From an uncultured Candidatus Saccharibacteria bacterium (lineage in GTDB: Bacteria; Patescibacteriota; Minisyncoccia; Phycocordibacterales; UBA12445): DNA of 64,000 nt. The notes under the pieces were generated by a model that was not told the DNA's origin, did not search any database, and saw only the letters and a program-made list of their open reading frames with translations. Location: NCBI GenBank assembly GCA_964531375.1, contig CAZHDO010000003.1:17983-81982 (forward strand), in the 5' to 3' direction. This document shows, piece after piece, positions 9,988 through 20,989 of the stretch (position 1 is its first letter; each line of letters begins with the position of its first letter). The translations under genes were made by a program, and so were the position numbers.

Positions 9988-11655
9988 CTATTTAAAGAAT
10001 TCTGGTTTATTTATAAACATCCAATTAAACAATTGATTCATTACATAAACACCGCCCATTGTATTTTCTACTGGCCCTTTTTCCATAACGACAGTAAAGG
10101 CATATTTTGGGTCTTTGTATGGAAAAAAACCAACGTTCCACGAATTAACAAACTTTTTAGAAACCCCAAGTTCGGCGGTTCCTGTTTTTCCCGCAATCTC
10201 AACCTGTGAAAAATTAATACCCTTAGAGGTACCTTCCAAAACCGAATCCCTCATCCCCTCCTTTATTACATCAAACTTATCGCTATCTACTTCGACAATA
10301 CTTTCTATTGTAACCCCCGCTCCAGGCGCTTGTTTTATTATTGTTGGCTTAAGAACCTTACCTCCATTTGCGATTGCAGATATGGCTCGAACAACTTGTA
10401 TTGGTGTGACCTGAAAACCGTACTGACCAATACCACTATGATAAGTATTACCCAATGACCACTTTTCTCCATCAAAAATCCTTTCTTTCCATTCAGGAGA
10501 CGGTATATTCCCAGATTTTTCAGGTTGTAATTCAAAACCCGTTGTAGTACCAAAACCAAACATTTTAGAATACTTTTCAATATTCAAAATACCAATACCC
10601 TTCTGATCTTCATAACCGCCACTTATAGCATAAAAATACACATCAGAAGAGAACGCAATTGCCTTTTTCATATCAACCCAGCCGTGAGCTTTCCAGTCTT
10701 TGAAAACAGTCGGCTTATCAGGCGAATATGGGTTGGGTATTGAAATGGACCCAGAACTATAAATAGATTTTTCTGGTTTTATAATTCCTTCATTCAAAGC
10801 AGCCAAGGCAAAAATTGGCTTCATAATAGAACCAGGTACATACAAACCTGAAACTACTCTATTCATAAACGGCATCCTTTTGTCTTTTAGATATTCCCCA
10901 ACTTTCTCTTCATCTTTTTGGATAAGTGCGTTTGAATCATATTCAGGATAACTCGCCATTGCAACTATTTCTCCAGTATTAACATCCATCATAACACCAG
11001 CGCCCCCCTGAAAACCTTTTTCTTTGGCCAACGAGCTTATGTATTCTGAAAACTTATTTGAAATATCGACATCTAATGATAACTTAACATCGCCTCCCTT
11101 AACTCCAGGATCAAAAATATTTTCTGATTGTATCTCCCCACGAGCATTAACTTCAACAACCTCAACCCCCTCAATACCCCTCAAATACTCGTTAAATATT
11201 TTTTCAGCTCCCTCCTTGCCCGCCATTTCTTTTGAATCTATAGATATATCTAATTTTTCAATATCTTCTTTTGATGGATAACCTAAGTACCCAAGAGCAA
11301 CGTGCACCGACTTATCTGTATATCTTCTTCCATCCTTTTCATTCCAAGCTAAAAGATTATCGTTTCTATCGTAAATAACACCTCGCTCTGGAAGATATGC
11401 GATTTTTTTCAAGCTATTTGACTCACTTCTTATTGCAAAAGATTCTCCGTGCTTCACCTGAAGCGACCATATTTTAAGAACAAAAACGGATACAACTAAA
11501 AGAAAAAAAACGAATGCAAAAACAATAACCTTCTTGGGTAGTGGCTTTTCAATCCAACCCTCAAATTGGTGAGTATTAAAAGAAGACAAATTACTAGAAT
11601 CTAAAAAGATTTCATCTGGCTCAATATCTTTATTCATTCCAGCGCGAAATTTCAT
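9988..11655 (-). CDS. mrdA: Penicillin-binding protein 2
   Basis: GSIMK, SSD, KTGT; downstream of mreBCD. Confidence 0.88.
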   Translation of the reverse strand: MKFRAGMNKDIEPDEIFLDSSNLSSFNTHQFEGWIEKPLPKKVIVFAFVFFLLVVSVFVLKIWSLQVKHGESFAIRSESNSLKKIAYLPERGVIYDRNDNLLAWNEKDGRRYTDKSVHVALGYLGYPSKEDIEKLDISIDSKEMAGKEGAEKIFNEYLRGIEGVEVVEVNARGEIQSENIFDPGVKGGDVKLSLDVDISNKFSEYISSLAKEKGFQGGAGVMMDVNTGEIVAMASYPEYDSNALIQKDEEKVGEYLKDKRMPFMNRVVSGLYVPGSIMKPIFALAALNEGIIKPEKSIYSSGSISIPNPYSPDKPTVFKDWKAHGWVDMKKAIAFSSDVYFYAISGGYEDQKGIGILNIEKYSKMFGFGTTTGFELQPEKSGNIPSPEWKERIFDGEKWSLGNTYHSGIGQYGFQVTPIQVVRAISAIANGGKVLKPTIIKQAPGAGVTIESIVEVDSDKFDVIKEGMRDSVLEGTSKGINFSQVEIAGKTGTAELGVSKKFVNSWNVGFFPYKDPKYAFTVVMEKGPVENTMGGVYVMNQLFNWMFINKPEFFK

Positions 11656-11660
11656 AAATA

Positions 11661-11921
11661 CTAGAATGTCCTAACTCTTTCTCTAATAATTCCAGAAATA
11701 AGCAAAGTAACAGCAGAAAATGCTGTAAAAATAAACTTAAAACCATAAAAACTCGGAACCTGAACTCCAAAAAGAATATCTACAACAAAAGATAAAAACA
11801 AAAATTCGTAATAATTTTCAAAATTAAATGCAGATATAAAACCTATTAGCATAAACGCAAAACCTGGGCTAAAAAAAGTTAAATATAATAAAAAAAAGTC
11901 AATTAAAATTCTTGTTAGCAT
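11661..11921 (-). CDS. Small membrane protein, MreD-like by position
   Basis: Hydrophobic 86 aa between mreC and mrdA. Confidence 0.5.
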   Translation of the reverse strand: MLTRILIDFFLLYLTFFSPGFAFMLIGFISAFNFENYYEFLFLSFVVDILFGVQVPSFYGFKFIFTAFSAVTLLISGIIRERVRTF

Positions 11922-11924
11922 AGA

Positions 11925-12824
11925 CTATTCTTTTTCTTTTCTTATTATCTCAACAAAACGAATCTCTTTAATATTAAAAGGTGCTTTTAAAAATATTTTT
12001 TTAAACGCATCTCCTTCTTTTTTTTCTATTACCGCAACAATGGCTACTGTACTAACTATATTACCAGGAAACAAAGCGTAATCTCCAACCCCAACGGTAT
12101 ATTGACTTGGCATTGATACATAGAAGTTACCACTACCAGATCCAATAATATCAATCATGGTTTTGCTTTGCCCAAATATAATTGAAGTTTTTAATCCGTA
12201 GGATGAAAACAATCTTATCTTAGAAGTTTCGGAATAAATCTCCACAACCTCACCAACCATTGACCCCATTGAATCGATGGCTATGTCGCCAACCTTTACA
12301 CTTTTGTTCTTACCACTATCAACCAAAATGACATCATACGGAGGGGTTACCGGACCAGATAAAACAAATGCTGGTGTTATATTAATTTCCCTAGTTTCTG
12401 TTGTTTTTTTATTTTTTTCTTTTAAATTTTTGCTCTTGTCGGAACCGCTACCTGTGCCGACAAACTGAGAAGAATCATTTATAGTTAATATGTTTTTTAA
12501 ACCTAAATTTTCTTCTTTAAGAATCTTATTTTCCAAAGCATAAACCCTAAGAAGACCTAATTGTTTTGTTAACTTATCATTTTCCAAAACAAGGCTCTCT
12601 TTATTATCAAAATTAATAAAAAAAGCTGAAATCTCATCTGAAATATAATTATTTATACCCCAAAGAGGTTTAGAAACATATGTTATCGAGTCAAATAAAA
12701 AAGACTGGACTGATTCTCTCCAGACAAAAGAAATTATTAAAATTAGGAAAATTAAAATAAAAGATATAAATTTATTTTTATTTTCATATTCTTTATTGGG
12801 GAGGTATTTCATCTTCATTGCCAA
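11925..12824 (-). CDS. mreC: Rod shape protein MreC
   Basis: TM, coiled coil, VDSGKNKSVKVGD, VGEVVEIYSETSKIRL. Confidence 0.85.
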   Translation of the reverse strand: MAMKMKYLPNKEYENKNKFISFILIFLILIISFVWRESVQSFLFDSITYVSKPLWGINNYISDEISAFFINFDNKESLVLENDKLTKQLGLLRVYALENKILKEENLGLKNILTINDSSQFVGTGSGSDKSKNLKEKNKKTTETREINITPAFVLSGPVTPPYDVILVDSGKNKSVKVGDIAIDSMGSMVGEVVEIYSETSKIRLFSSYGLKTSIIFGQSKTMIDIIGSGSGNFYVSMPSQYTVGVGDYALFPGNIVSTVAIVAVIEKKEGDAFKKIFLKAPFNIKEIRFVEIIRKEKE

Positions 12825-13848
12825 TTAAAACCTCTTCATATAAATCAAAATTTTCCAACACAGTACCCGTACCCCTAACAACAGCCCTCAGTGGATCCTC
12901 CGCTATCGTAACTGGTATTTTAATTTCTTTTTGAATCACTATTGGTAGTCCTTGAATAAGAGAACCGCCACCAGCCAAAACAACACCCTTGTGCATAATA
13001 TCAGCAACTATTTCAGGTGGAGTAATTTCAATAACCTCTTTTACTGAATTAACAATAAGTTTAATAGAGCCCGCTATAGCCTCTCTTACGTCGTGATCAG
13101 TAACCACCACCTCTCTTGGAAGTCCAGTAACAAGATCTCTCCCCTTAACAACAAATTCCATTGGTGAGCCCTGTTCACATGCTGAACCAATGGCAATTTT
13201 AATATCTTCGGCGGTTTTTTCACCCAGAAGAATTTTGAATTCATCTCTGATGTAAGAAACAATATCCTGGTCAAGCTTATCACCCGCTATTCTGAGGTTT
13301 TTAGACTGAACAATTCCATTCAAAGAAATAACCGCAATATCAGTTGTACCGCCACCTATATCAACAATCATACTACCCATTGGTTCATGGACAGGCATTC
13401 TAACGCCTATAGCTGCCGCCATTGGCTCTTCAATCAGATGAACCTCTCTTGCACCAACATTCATGCCAGCATCTCTAACAGCACGTCTTTCAACACTTGT
13501 AATTCCAGACGGAACGCCGATAAGCACCCTAGGCCTAAGAAGTTTTTTGTTCGAAATCTCTTGGGTCTTTCTTATAAAATATCCAATCATTTCCTCTGTA
13601 ATTTCAAAATCAGAAATGACACCATCTACAAGTGGTCTAACAGCAACAATATGATGAGGCGTTCTGCCTATCATTTGCTTAGCCTCCTTTCCTATTGCAA
13701 CAACTCTATTTGTTTTTTGATTAACTGCCACAACAGATGGTTCATCGATAACAATTCCATGGTCGCGAAGATATACTAGAGTATTTGCGGTTCCTAAATC
13801 AATTCCGATATCACTTGAAAAATATCTGTAAAATTTCTTTTTCATCAT
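12793..13848 (-). CDS. mreB: Actin-like MreB
   Basis: IGIDLGTANTLV, DIGGGTTDIAVIS, LAGGGSL. Confidence 0.95.
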   Translation of the reverse strand: MMKKKFYRYFSSDIGIDLGTANTLVYLRDHGIVIDEPSVVAVNQKTNRVVAIGKEAKQMIGRTPHHIVAVRPLVDGVISDFEITEEMIGYFIRKTQEISNKKLLRPRVLIGVPSGITSVERRAVRDAGMNVGAREVHLIEEPMAAAIGVRMPVHEPMGSMIVDIGGGTTDIAVISLNGIVQSKNLRIAGDKLDQDIVSYIRDEFKILLGEKTAEDIKIAIGSACEQGSPMEFVVKGRDLVTGLPREVVVTDHDVREAIAGSIKLIVNSVKEVIEITPPEIVADIMHKGVVLAGGGSLIQGLPIVIQKEIKIPVTIAEDPLRAVVRGTGTVLENFDLYEEVLIGNEDEIPPQ

Positions 13849-13865
13849 CCTTTATTATCTTCAGG

Positions 13866-15116
13866 TTATATAAGTTTAAACAATTCCTCTTCTGTAACTA
13901 TTTTTATTTCTCCATTTTTTCTAACCTTAAGTTCAAAACCGCCAGCATCTAAAGTTTTTTGACTCACAATAATTCTATAAGGAATTCCGATTAAATCGGC
14001 ATCACTAAATTTCGCACCAGCAGAAACATCTCTATCGTCATAAATAATTTCAACACCCCTCTTTTTAAATTCTTCATAAATTCTCTCTGTTTTTTCTTTC
14101 ACAATATCACCATCTTTTTTACTACTTATTTCTATAAGGTGTATTTTAAATGGCGCAATGGATTCTGGCCAAATTATTCCAGCTTCGTCAGAAAGCGCCT
14201 CAACCACAGCACCCATTGCACGACCCAAACCTATCCCATAACAACCCATCAATATCGGTAAAGTTTTACCTTCTTCGTTCTTGTAAACCATTTCAAAAGG
14301 TTCGGTAAATTTGGTTTTTAACTCAAAAATATTACCAACTTCAATCGACTTTTCTTCTTTAAAATTATCCCCACCACAGGAAGGGCAAACTTTTTGGGTT
14401 GAAATTATTTCATCATTTATAGCAATCAAACATTTATCACAAACGTATATTTTATCTTCTCCTGCGCTAGTAACCATCTGAAACTCGTGGGAAAATTTTG
14501 AAAAGCTTCCGCCAGATGCATAAGTCTTAAAAGTAAGATGCCCAATCCCTATTCTTTTAAAAATATTGTTATAAACTTCAGCCATTGTTTCGTAAAAATT
14601 ATGCATATCATTTTCATCTCTATGAAAAGAATACATATCTTTCATAACAAATTCCCTTCCACGAAGTATTCCTGACTTTGCACGAAGCTCCATTCTGAAT
14701 TTATTTTGAAACTGGTAAACAGACAAAGGCAGATCTTTGTAGGAATTTACAAAATTCTTTACGAGAGGGACAACCACCTCTTCGTGTGTTGGAGCAAGCG
14801 CGCTCTCCCTCTTGCCTACATCTATTATTTTATATAAATCATCCATCGTGTCCCAGCGCCCTGTTTTCTGCCAAAGTTCCTTGGGATGAAGAGATGGCAT
14901 AAAAATTTCTTGTGCACCTACCTTATTCACTTCTTCACGAATTATATTTTCAATTTTTTTTATTACTGTATATCCCAGTGGAAGATAACTATAAACCCCT
15001 GCTTGAAGCTTATCGACAAATCCAGCACGTATAAGCAAAGAAGCATTTTTCGAAACCTCATCTTTAGGCCCCTCTCTTCTTGTCTTTGTAAAAAGTTTAG
15101 ATTGTCTCATATACAC
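13866..15116 (-). CDS. proS: Prolyl-tRNA synthetase, short form without INS editing domain
   Basis: LAPTHEE, LRGREFVMKDMYSF, MGCYGIGLGR, anticodon domain. Confidence 0.93.
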   Translation of the reverse strand: MYMRQSKLFTKTRREGPKDEVSKNASLLIRAGFVDKLQAGVYSYLPLGYTVIKKIENIIREEVNKVGAQEIFMPSLHPKELWQKTGRWDTMDDLYKIIDVGKRESALAPTHEEVVVPLVKNFVNSYKDLPLSVYQFQNKFRMELRAKSGILRGREFVMKDMYSFHRDENDMHNFYETMAEVYNNIFKRIGIGHLTFKTYASGGSFSKFSHEFQMVTSAGEDKIYVCDKCLIAINDEIISTQKVCPSCGGDNFKEEKSIEVGNIFELKTKFTEPFEMVYKNEEGKTLPILMGCYGIGLGRAMGAVVEALSDEAGIIWPESIAPFKIHLIEISSKKDGDIVKEKTERIYEEFKKRGVEIIYDDRDVSAGAKFSDADLIGIPYRIIVSQKTLDAGGFELKVRKNGEIKIVTEEELFKLI

Positions 15117-15261
15117 TGAATACTAACTCAAATGACCACCTGTGTGAAGTGGCCATTTTATTCATTTATTACAACATAACACGATGAGACACAATGTAAA
15201 ATCTAATGAGAAAAATAACGATAAAAAACAACAAAAAAATATAAACCAAGAATACGATGCT

Positions 15262-16377
15262 CTATGCCGGAAATATTATTTTTACAACATCACTCAAAGT
15301 AACAGCCGCCATTACGAATAATAGAAGAGCAAAACAGACAACACTCATCTTATTTACAACCTCAGGATTAAGAGGTTTTCCTCTTAAATATTCTGCAAAC
15401 AAAAGAAACAGTCTACCTCCGTCTAGTACTGGAAACGGAACCAAATTCAGCACTGCCAAATTGATTGATATAAGCGCAATCATATTCATCAACTGAACAA
15501 GACCATCCTCTGAAGCCTTTCCAACCAATCCAACCATTCCTACCGGACCACTTACATTTGAAACAGAAGATTGTCCTGTAAAAAATCCGTAAATAAAATC
15601 AACTAGACCCAGGCACATACTGTATGTAATTTTGACGCTCAAAATCAATCCTTCGGGAATCGCTTGATAAAAAGGTAACTTTAGTGTTCCCACCATATCC
15701 AAAGAAACGCCAATAGCAGGTTTTCCATTTGCTATTCCAGCCACTGGTATTACGTTTGTAGTAGAGGCCATGCCGTTTCTCTTATATCCGACAAAGATGT
15801 TCTGATCACTATTCGACGCAATAAAACCTTGTACATTTTCAACTGTTATACTTTCAGCTTGTATTGTGCTAGTCGCTGTTGATAAAAATATAATTTCATC
15901 GCCAGCCTCAAGTCCTGCTTTTTTTGCAGGAGAACTTGATAAAACATTCATTATCGCTAAATGAGTTTCTTCTGCCTTAAGTCTTTCTGGTAACTCGCTT
16001 ACAGAAACAGGGGCACCAATAGTTATCGTTGACGAAATCAAAAACCAAGCAAGTATAAAATTAAAAGACACCCCAGCAAGCATAACGGCTGCTTGGATTT
16101 TTTTAGATTTAGCACTCAACGACCTATTCCTAACTTCCTCGCTTGCCTTTAAAAATTCATCATTATTTTCCTCTCCAAAAATTTTAACAAAACCACCGAA
16201 TGGTATTAAATTAAAACTGTATTCTGTCTCTCCCCATTTAAAAGAAAATAATTTAGGTGGAAATCCAAAACCAAATTCATCAACTCTAATACCAGACAGT
16301 TTTGCAACTATAAAATGCCCAAATTCATGAGAAAGTACAAGTATTGCAAGAACCGCAAAAAAAATAATTAAATTCAT
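15262..16377 (-). CDS. rseP: Site-2 (M50) protease with PDZ
   Basis: HEFGH, PDZ, NLVPFPVLDGG. Confidence 0.9.
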   Translation of the reverse strand: MNLIIFFAVLAILVLSHEFGHFIVAKLSGIRVDEFGFGFPPKLFSFKWGETEYSFNLIPFGGFVKIFGEENNDEFLKASEEVRNRSLSAKSKKIQAAVMLAGVSFNFILAWFLISSTITIGAPVSVSELPERLKAEETHLAIMNVLSSSPAKKAGLEAGDEIIFLSTATSTIQAESITVENVQGFIASNSDQNIFVGYKRNGMASTTNVIPVAGIANGKPAIGVSLDMVGTLKLPFYQAIPEGLILSVKITYSMCLGLVDFIYGFFTGQSSVSNVSGPVGMVGLVGKASEDGLVQLMNMIALISINLAVLNLVPFPVLDGGRLFLLFAEYLRGKPLNPEVVNKMSVVCFALLLFVMAAVTLSDVVKIIFPA

Positions 16378-16935
16378 TTACATTCCCATTATTTCAACTT
16401 CCTTTTTCGCAGCAACAGCCTCTAGGTTTTTGTTTGCCTCATCAACTAGTTTTTGTAATTCATCCTTTAGTACGAATTTATCATCTTCTGTAAGCAAGCT
16501 ATCTCTAACCTTAGCCTGTATATCGGTCCAAACACTTTCTCTCTCTAATCGAATAGCCACCCTTGCTTCTTCAAGCCTTTCTTTAATTAATTTTGTAATT
16601 GTCTTTCTTCTATCTTCTGTAAGTTCAGGAAAAATAACCCTTACACCCAAACTATCTGGTGAAGTAGAGACACCCAGGTTTGCAGCTGCAATCGCCCTTT
16701 CTATATCCTTAATACTGTTCTTGTCCCAAGGGGTAATCTTTAGAGTCCGTGCGTCTTCAATACTAATATTAGCCACATGAGTCAGCGGCATTTTTGAACC
16801 GTAAGAATCAATTACTACACTATCAAGCAACGCTGGCGTAGCTCTACCAGTCCTTAAACCCGCAAATTCTTGATTAAGCCATTTTGCTGTTGATGTTGTT
16901 TTATCTTTAAATTGTGTGAAATTGTATATTGCCAT
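16378..16935 (-). CDS. frr: Ribosome recycling factor
   Basis: LRTGRATPALLD, FPELTEDRRK. Confidence 0.95.
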   Translation of the reverse strand: MAIYNFTQFKDKTTSTAKWLNQEFAGLRTGRATPALLDSVVIDSYGSKMPLTHVANISIEDARTLKITPWDKNSIKDIERAIAAANLGVSTSPDSLGVRVIFPELTEDRRKTITKLIKERLEEARVAIRLERESVWTDIQAKVRDSLLTEDDKFVLKDELQKLVDEANKNLEAVAAKKEVEIMGM

Positions 16936-16995
16936 AAGTTTATTGTTAATTATTAATCAATTACCAAAACGCTCGCTCATCTAAATATATCATTT

Positions 16996-17715
16996 TTACT
17001 TTTTTTCTTCTACCACTGGACACAAAAAAGACAAATATTCTAGCAATAATTTTGGAGCTGAGGAAATATCGCCAGAGTATTTTTTTATTTTTGAAATTTC
17101 ACTAAAGATTTTTTGATAATCAATATAATTTAAGAAATTACTATTTTTTTGTATATTAAAAATATGGCCTTCGATGTCTGAAATAAAATCTTCGACAATA
17201 ATTCTCTGACTGCTTGGCTCCATATCTTCATCTATTAAATCAGCAACCATTAAAATTCTTTCAGGTATTTGTGATGACAAAAATTTCTTTGCACTATCTC
17301 CAACAACACTGTCTAATTCATAAATTATTTTTTTTAATCTAGACTTAATTGTCGGTAAAAGTATTCTTTCGCTTGGTGTAATGATAAAAAAATGAGTATT
17401 GGGAATTGGCTCTTCTAGGGTTTTTAAAATAGCGTTCTGTGACTGTTCCGTAAAGCGCCTAGCCCCAATAATAAATATTCTTTTTCCACCAGATAAACTC
17501 TTGCTTTGACTAATTTGTCTTATTTTTCTTCCCTCCTCAATATCAAAAACGTCTTGGTCGTAAATATAATAATCTGGATTTCTTGAAATTTGGACACCTA
17601 AAATTTGCGCTAATAATTCATTCAATTTAGCGATGGATTTTTTAATATCACCAACCACAAGATAAGCATGGTGAAAATCTTTTGTTTCCTTAAAATTATC
17701 CAAAATAGAATCCAT
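16996..17715 (-). CDS. holB: DNA polymerase III delta' subunit-like (reduced)
   Basis: HHAYL, NPDY, SQNAILKTLEEP, LLPTIKSR. Confidence 0.75.
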   Translation of the reverse strand: MDSILDNFKETKDFHHAYLVVGDIKKSIAKLNELLAQILGVQISRNPDYYIYDQDVFDIEEGRKIRQISQSKSLSGGKRIFIIGARRFTEQSQNAILKTLEEPIPNTHFFIITPSERILLPTIKSRLKKIIYELDSVVGDSAKKFLSSQIPERILMVADLIDEDMEPSSQRIIVEDFISDIEGHIFNIQKNSNFLNYIDYQKIFSEISKIKKYSGDISSAPKLLLEYLSFLCPVVEEKK

Positions 17716-17719
17716 ATCT

Positions 17720-18733
17720 CTACCTTTTTGACGTTATTGATTGTTTATAAACATCAAGATGTTCAAGAGCAACACCAGTGCCTTTTACAACACAATAAAG
17801 AGCATCTTCTGCAAGTATCGCCTTAACACCCGTCTTTCTATAAATAAGTTCTGGTAAATTTCTAAGCATCGAAGTACCGCCTGTCATAATTATTCCATGG
17901 TCAATTATATCTGCTGAAAGTTCCGGTGGTGTCTCTTGAAAAACATCCTTAATCGCCTTAACTATTTGTTTTAATTCTTCAGAAATTGCCTTAACTATTT
18001 CATTGGTTGTAATTTCTGCAGTTCTAGGTAACCCACTTAAAAAGTCTCTACCCTTTATTGTCATTTTCATTTCATCGTCGACAATAATCGCAGAGCCAAC
18101 TTTTTTCTTTATCTCTTCTGCCGTCTGATCGCCAACCGCGAGATTAAAAGTTTTTTTAATATAATCAGTTATTGCTTGGTCAATTTTATTTCCAGCACAT
18201 TTTACAGAATTTGCAGTAACGATACCCCCCAAAGAAATAACAGCCACATCTGTCGTACCCCCACCAATATCTACCACCATATGTCCACGCGCCTCGTGAA
18301 TAGGAATTCCTGCACCTATAGCCGCAAGAATCGGCTCTTTAACCACATATGCCATTTTCGCACCTGCTCTAATCGTGGCCTCAATAACAGCCCTTCTTTC
18401 AGTGGAAGAAATACCGGCAGGAACAGACACCATTACTTCAGGTTTAAATATATCGATTTTTCTAAGAGATTTATTTATGTAATAACGCAACATCGCTTCA
18501 GTGATTCTATAGTCAGCGATCACACCATCTTTCATTGGTCGATAAGCAATAATATCGTCTGGAGTTTTACCGATCATATCTTTTGCGCCAGTACCAACAG
18601 CAATCACTCGATTATCCCTTTGAGATACAGCAACCACAGAAGGTTCATTTAAAACAATCCCACGCCCAGGCACAAAAACCAGCGTGTTTGCTGTTCCAAG
18701 ATCTATTCCTAATTTTCTAGTAAATAGCCCCAT
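17720..18733 (-). CDS. mreB: Second MreB/Mbl paralogue
   Basis: LGIDLGTANTLV, DIGGGTTDVAVIS. Confidence 0.9.
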   Translation of the reverse strand: MGLFTRKLGIDLGTANTLVFVPGRGIVLNEPSVVAVSQRDNRVIAVGTGAKDMIGKTPDDIIAYRPMKDGVIADYRITEAMLRYYINKSLRKIDIFKPEVMVSVPAGISSTERRAVIEATIRAGAKMAYVVKEPILAAIGAGIPIHEARGHMVVDIGGGTTDVAVISLGGIVTANSVKCAGNKIDQAITDYIKKTFNLAVGDQTAEEIKKKVGSAIIVDDEMKMTIKGRDFLSGLPRTAEITTNEIVKAISEELKQIVKAIKDVFQETPPELSADIIDHGIIMTGGTSMLRNLPELIYRKTGVKAILAEDALYCVVKGTGVALEHLDVYKQSITSKR

Positions 18734-18784
18734 ATTTATTTTTCTGATTACAACCTGAGACTTACCACGACAGTTTCCCTTGTC

Positions 18785-20083
18785 TTAGTTTGGAAATCTT
18801 TCAATCTCAACGCCAATTTTTTTTAATCTATCTTCAATTTCTCCGTATCCTCTATCAATATAATATGCATTATGTATTACAGAATCACCTTCTGCAAGAA
18901 TTGCTGCAAGCAAAAACGCCAAACCAGCTCTTATATCTGGACTTTCCATCTCTCTTCCGTGTAAATTTGATGGACCTTTTACCGTCGCCCGATGAGGATC
19001 CCATACTTTTATATCAGCCCCCATTCTCTTTAAATCATCAGCATAATTTAAACGCCCTTCGAATATTGTTTCAAAAATAAAACTCTCTCCTGTTGATTGT
19101 GTTAGAAAAACAACCATCGGCGCTTGAAGGTCTGTCGGAAATCCTGGATACTCGTGGGTCTTAATATTTAAACTTTTATAATCTGAATTTGGAGTTTTTG
19201 AATTATCAATAAACCTTATACTATTTTTACCAACCTGCATTTTCACACCAGTTGAAATCAAATATTCTATAAGTGATTCGTTCCATTCTGGATCGCAATT
19301 TTTTATTTCTAAATTATTTGCGCACAATGCTCCCAGAATAATAAAACTACCAGCTTCAATTCTATCAGATGGTGTTATGTAAGCCTTACCTTTTGCAGAC
19401 AATAAGCCAGTACCAATAACCTCTATCGTCGATGTACCAGCGCCTTTTATTTTTGCACCACATTTATTTAAGAAATCTGCAAGATGTTTTGTCTCAGGCT
19501 CAAGTGATGCATTTTTAATCGTGGTTTTTCCTTTTGCTAAAACGGCAGCCATCATAAGTGTCTGCGTACCAGTGACACTCTGATTTTTCATAAAAATATT
19601 TGCGCCTTTTAATTTACCATCAGTTGCTTTGATAGAATATTTTTTCTCTTCGTTTTCAATCCTTGAACCCATTTTTTTAAAACCATCCAAAAAAACATCT
19701 ATTGGTCTTGCGCCAATAACGCAACCGCCTGGATGAGGAAAAGAAACAATTCCCATTCTTGCAAGAATCGGGCCAGTTAAAACAATAGAGGCTCTTAACT
19801 TTTTGGAAATCTCATCGGGAATATCTGTATTTATTTTTTTGCCAAATTTAATTGAACAACTTTTTGGACTTAAATCATTAACCTCTGCACCGAGCGCACG
19901 AAGAAGATCTTTCATCCTCTTCACGTCCTCAATTTGAGGAATATTTTTAATTACTAATTCATCTTTAAAAAGAACTGAAAAAGATAACGCTTGCAAAACT
20001 GCATTCTTCGCTCCATTAATTTCAATTACCCCCTCAAGAGTCTTTTTTCCACCTAATCCTTTGACTTTAAATATGTCTGACAT
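18785..20083 (-). CDS. murA: UDP-GlcNAc 1-carboxyvinyltransferase
   Basis: GAKNA, PGGCVIGARPID, YPGFPTDLQ, PDIRAG. Confidence 0.96.
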   Translation of the reverse strand: MSDIFKVKGLGGKKTLEGVIEINGAKNAVLQALSFSVLFKDELVIKNIPQIEDVKRMKDLLRALGAEVNDLSPKSCSIKFGKKINTDIPDEISKKLRASIVLTGPILARMGIVSFPHPGGCVIGARPIDVFLDGFKKMGSRIENEEKKYSIKATDGKLKGANIFMKNQSVTGTQTLMMAAVLAKGKTTIKNASLEPETKHLADFLNKCGAKIKGAGTSTIEVIGTGLLSAKGKAYITPSDRIEAGSFIILGALCANNLEIKNCDPEWNESLIEYLISTGVKMQVGKNSIRFIDNSKTPNSDYKSLNIKTHEYPGFPTDLQAPMVVFLTQSTGESFIFETIFEGRLNYADDLKRMGADIKVWDPHRATVKGPSNLHGREMESPDIRAGLAFLLAAILAEGDSVIHNAYYIDRGYGEIEDRLKKIGVEIERFPN

Positions 20084-20320
20084 ACCTAAATCTTATCTTA
20101 TGAATTATAAATATACAATATTGATTTTTGCGCACAGATTCATGTTGATAAGACAGCTTATATATTCAGATAAAATGCTAATTTATCCTTATTTTGCAAG
20201 ATAAATTTAATAATTAACAACAAAAGACAAAATATACATATTTTCTAAACTTGACAAACTACACTATTTGGTATATAGTATATAAAGTTCATTAAAAATT
20301 CCAAAAGAAGGAGCGTTCTC

Positions 20321-20851
20321 ATGAAGAACCTTTATTTCGTTGCAGTTCTGATCCTCGCTGTGACTTTTCTTGTTGGTTGCGGTGGCGGAGGTGGTGATAC
20401 ATATTACAACGTTGTCGGCCCGGAGTTGGACCCAAATCCAACCCCTACGCCGACTCCAACACCGACGCCCACACCCGCTCCAACTCCTGTGCCGACACCA
20501 ACTCCTACGCCGGCTCCGATTCCCGAGCTACACTATCGGGTAAATCGGATACTAACCGATGGAGTAACAACAGCAGAAGCAGTCAGTACCAGTGTTTCGC
20601 AGTTCAAAGATGCTGGTATGATTGTTGTAGTGGCTGGGGAACCTGACATGAACTCCGCTGTTTCGGCCCTCTCTGGTCTCTCTGGCACGTTTGTCTTTGT
20701 AGACAACCAAGCCGGACCGTTCTACCCCGTATTGTTGATTGATGACGCGGGGGCAGTAACCAAGTCCTCTGCCAGAGAGCCATGGTCCGCTGGGACGTAT
20801 CTTGTACTCAAAGACGTTCCCGGCGGAGGTAAGGGCTCCCGCCGTTGGTAA
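20321..20851 (+). CDS. Orphan lipoprotein with Pro-Thr linker
   Basis: LVGC lipobox, (PT)n tract; TTGACA-17-TATAGT promoter, AAGGAG SD, GC-richer than neighbours. Confidence 0.8.
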   Translation: MKNLYFVAVLILAVTFLVGCGGGGGDTYYNVVGPELDPNPTPTPTPTPTPTPAPTPVPTPTPTPAPIPELHYRVNRILTDGVTTAEAVSTSVSQFKDAGMIVVVAGEPDMNSAVSALSGLSGTFVFVDNQAGPFYPVLLIDDAGAVTKSSAREPWSAGTYLVLKDVPGGGKGSRRW

Positions 20852-20989
20852 ATTTGCTTTTACCGCAACCCGCCGTCTAACTTGTTTAGGCGGCTTTTCT
20901 TTTCCCTAAAAAACATTGACACAAATATTTTTTTACCCTAGTATCACAAACACTGAATCGTTCTTTTAAAAAAACCACGGGGGGTGAAT

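Noticed and set aside
15120-15260. Low-complexity leader with hairpin upstream of proS as T-box or ncRNA
   Set aside because: No T-box consensus or recognisable RNA family motifs; only a terminator-like hairpin
12793-18733. Two mreB copies as a novelty
   Set aside because: MreB paralogues are common in many bacteria; both look ordinary
20432-20520. Repeat tract as CRISPR or VNTR
   Set aside because: Codon-varied Pro-Thr protein linker, no repeat-spacer structure
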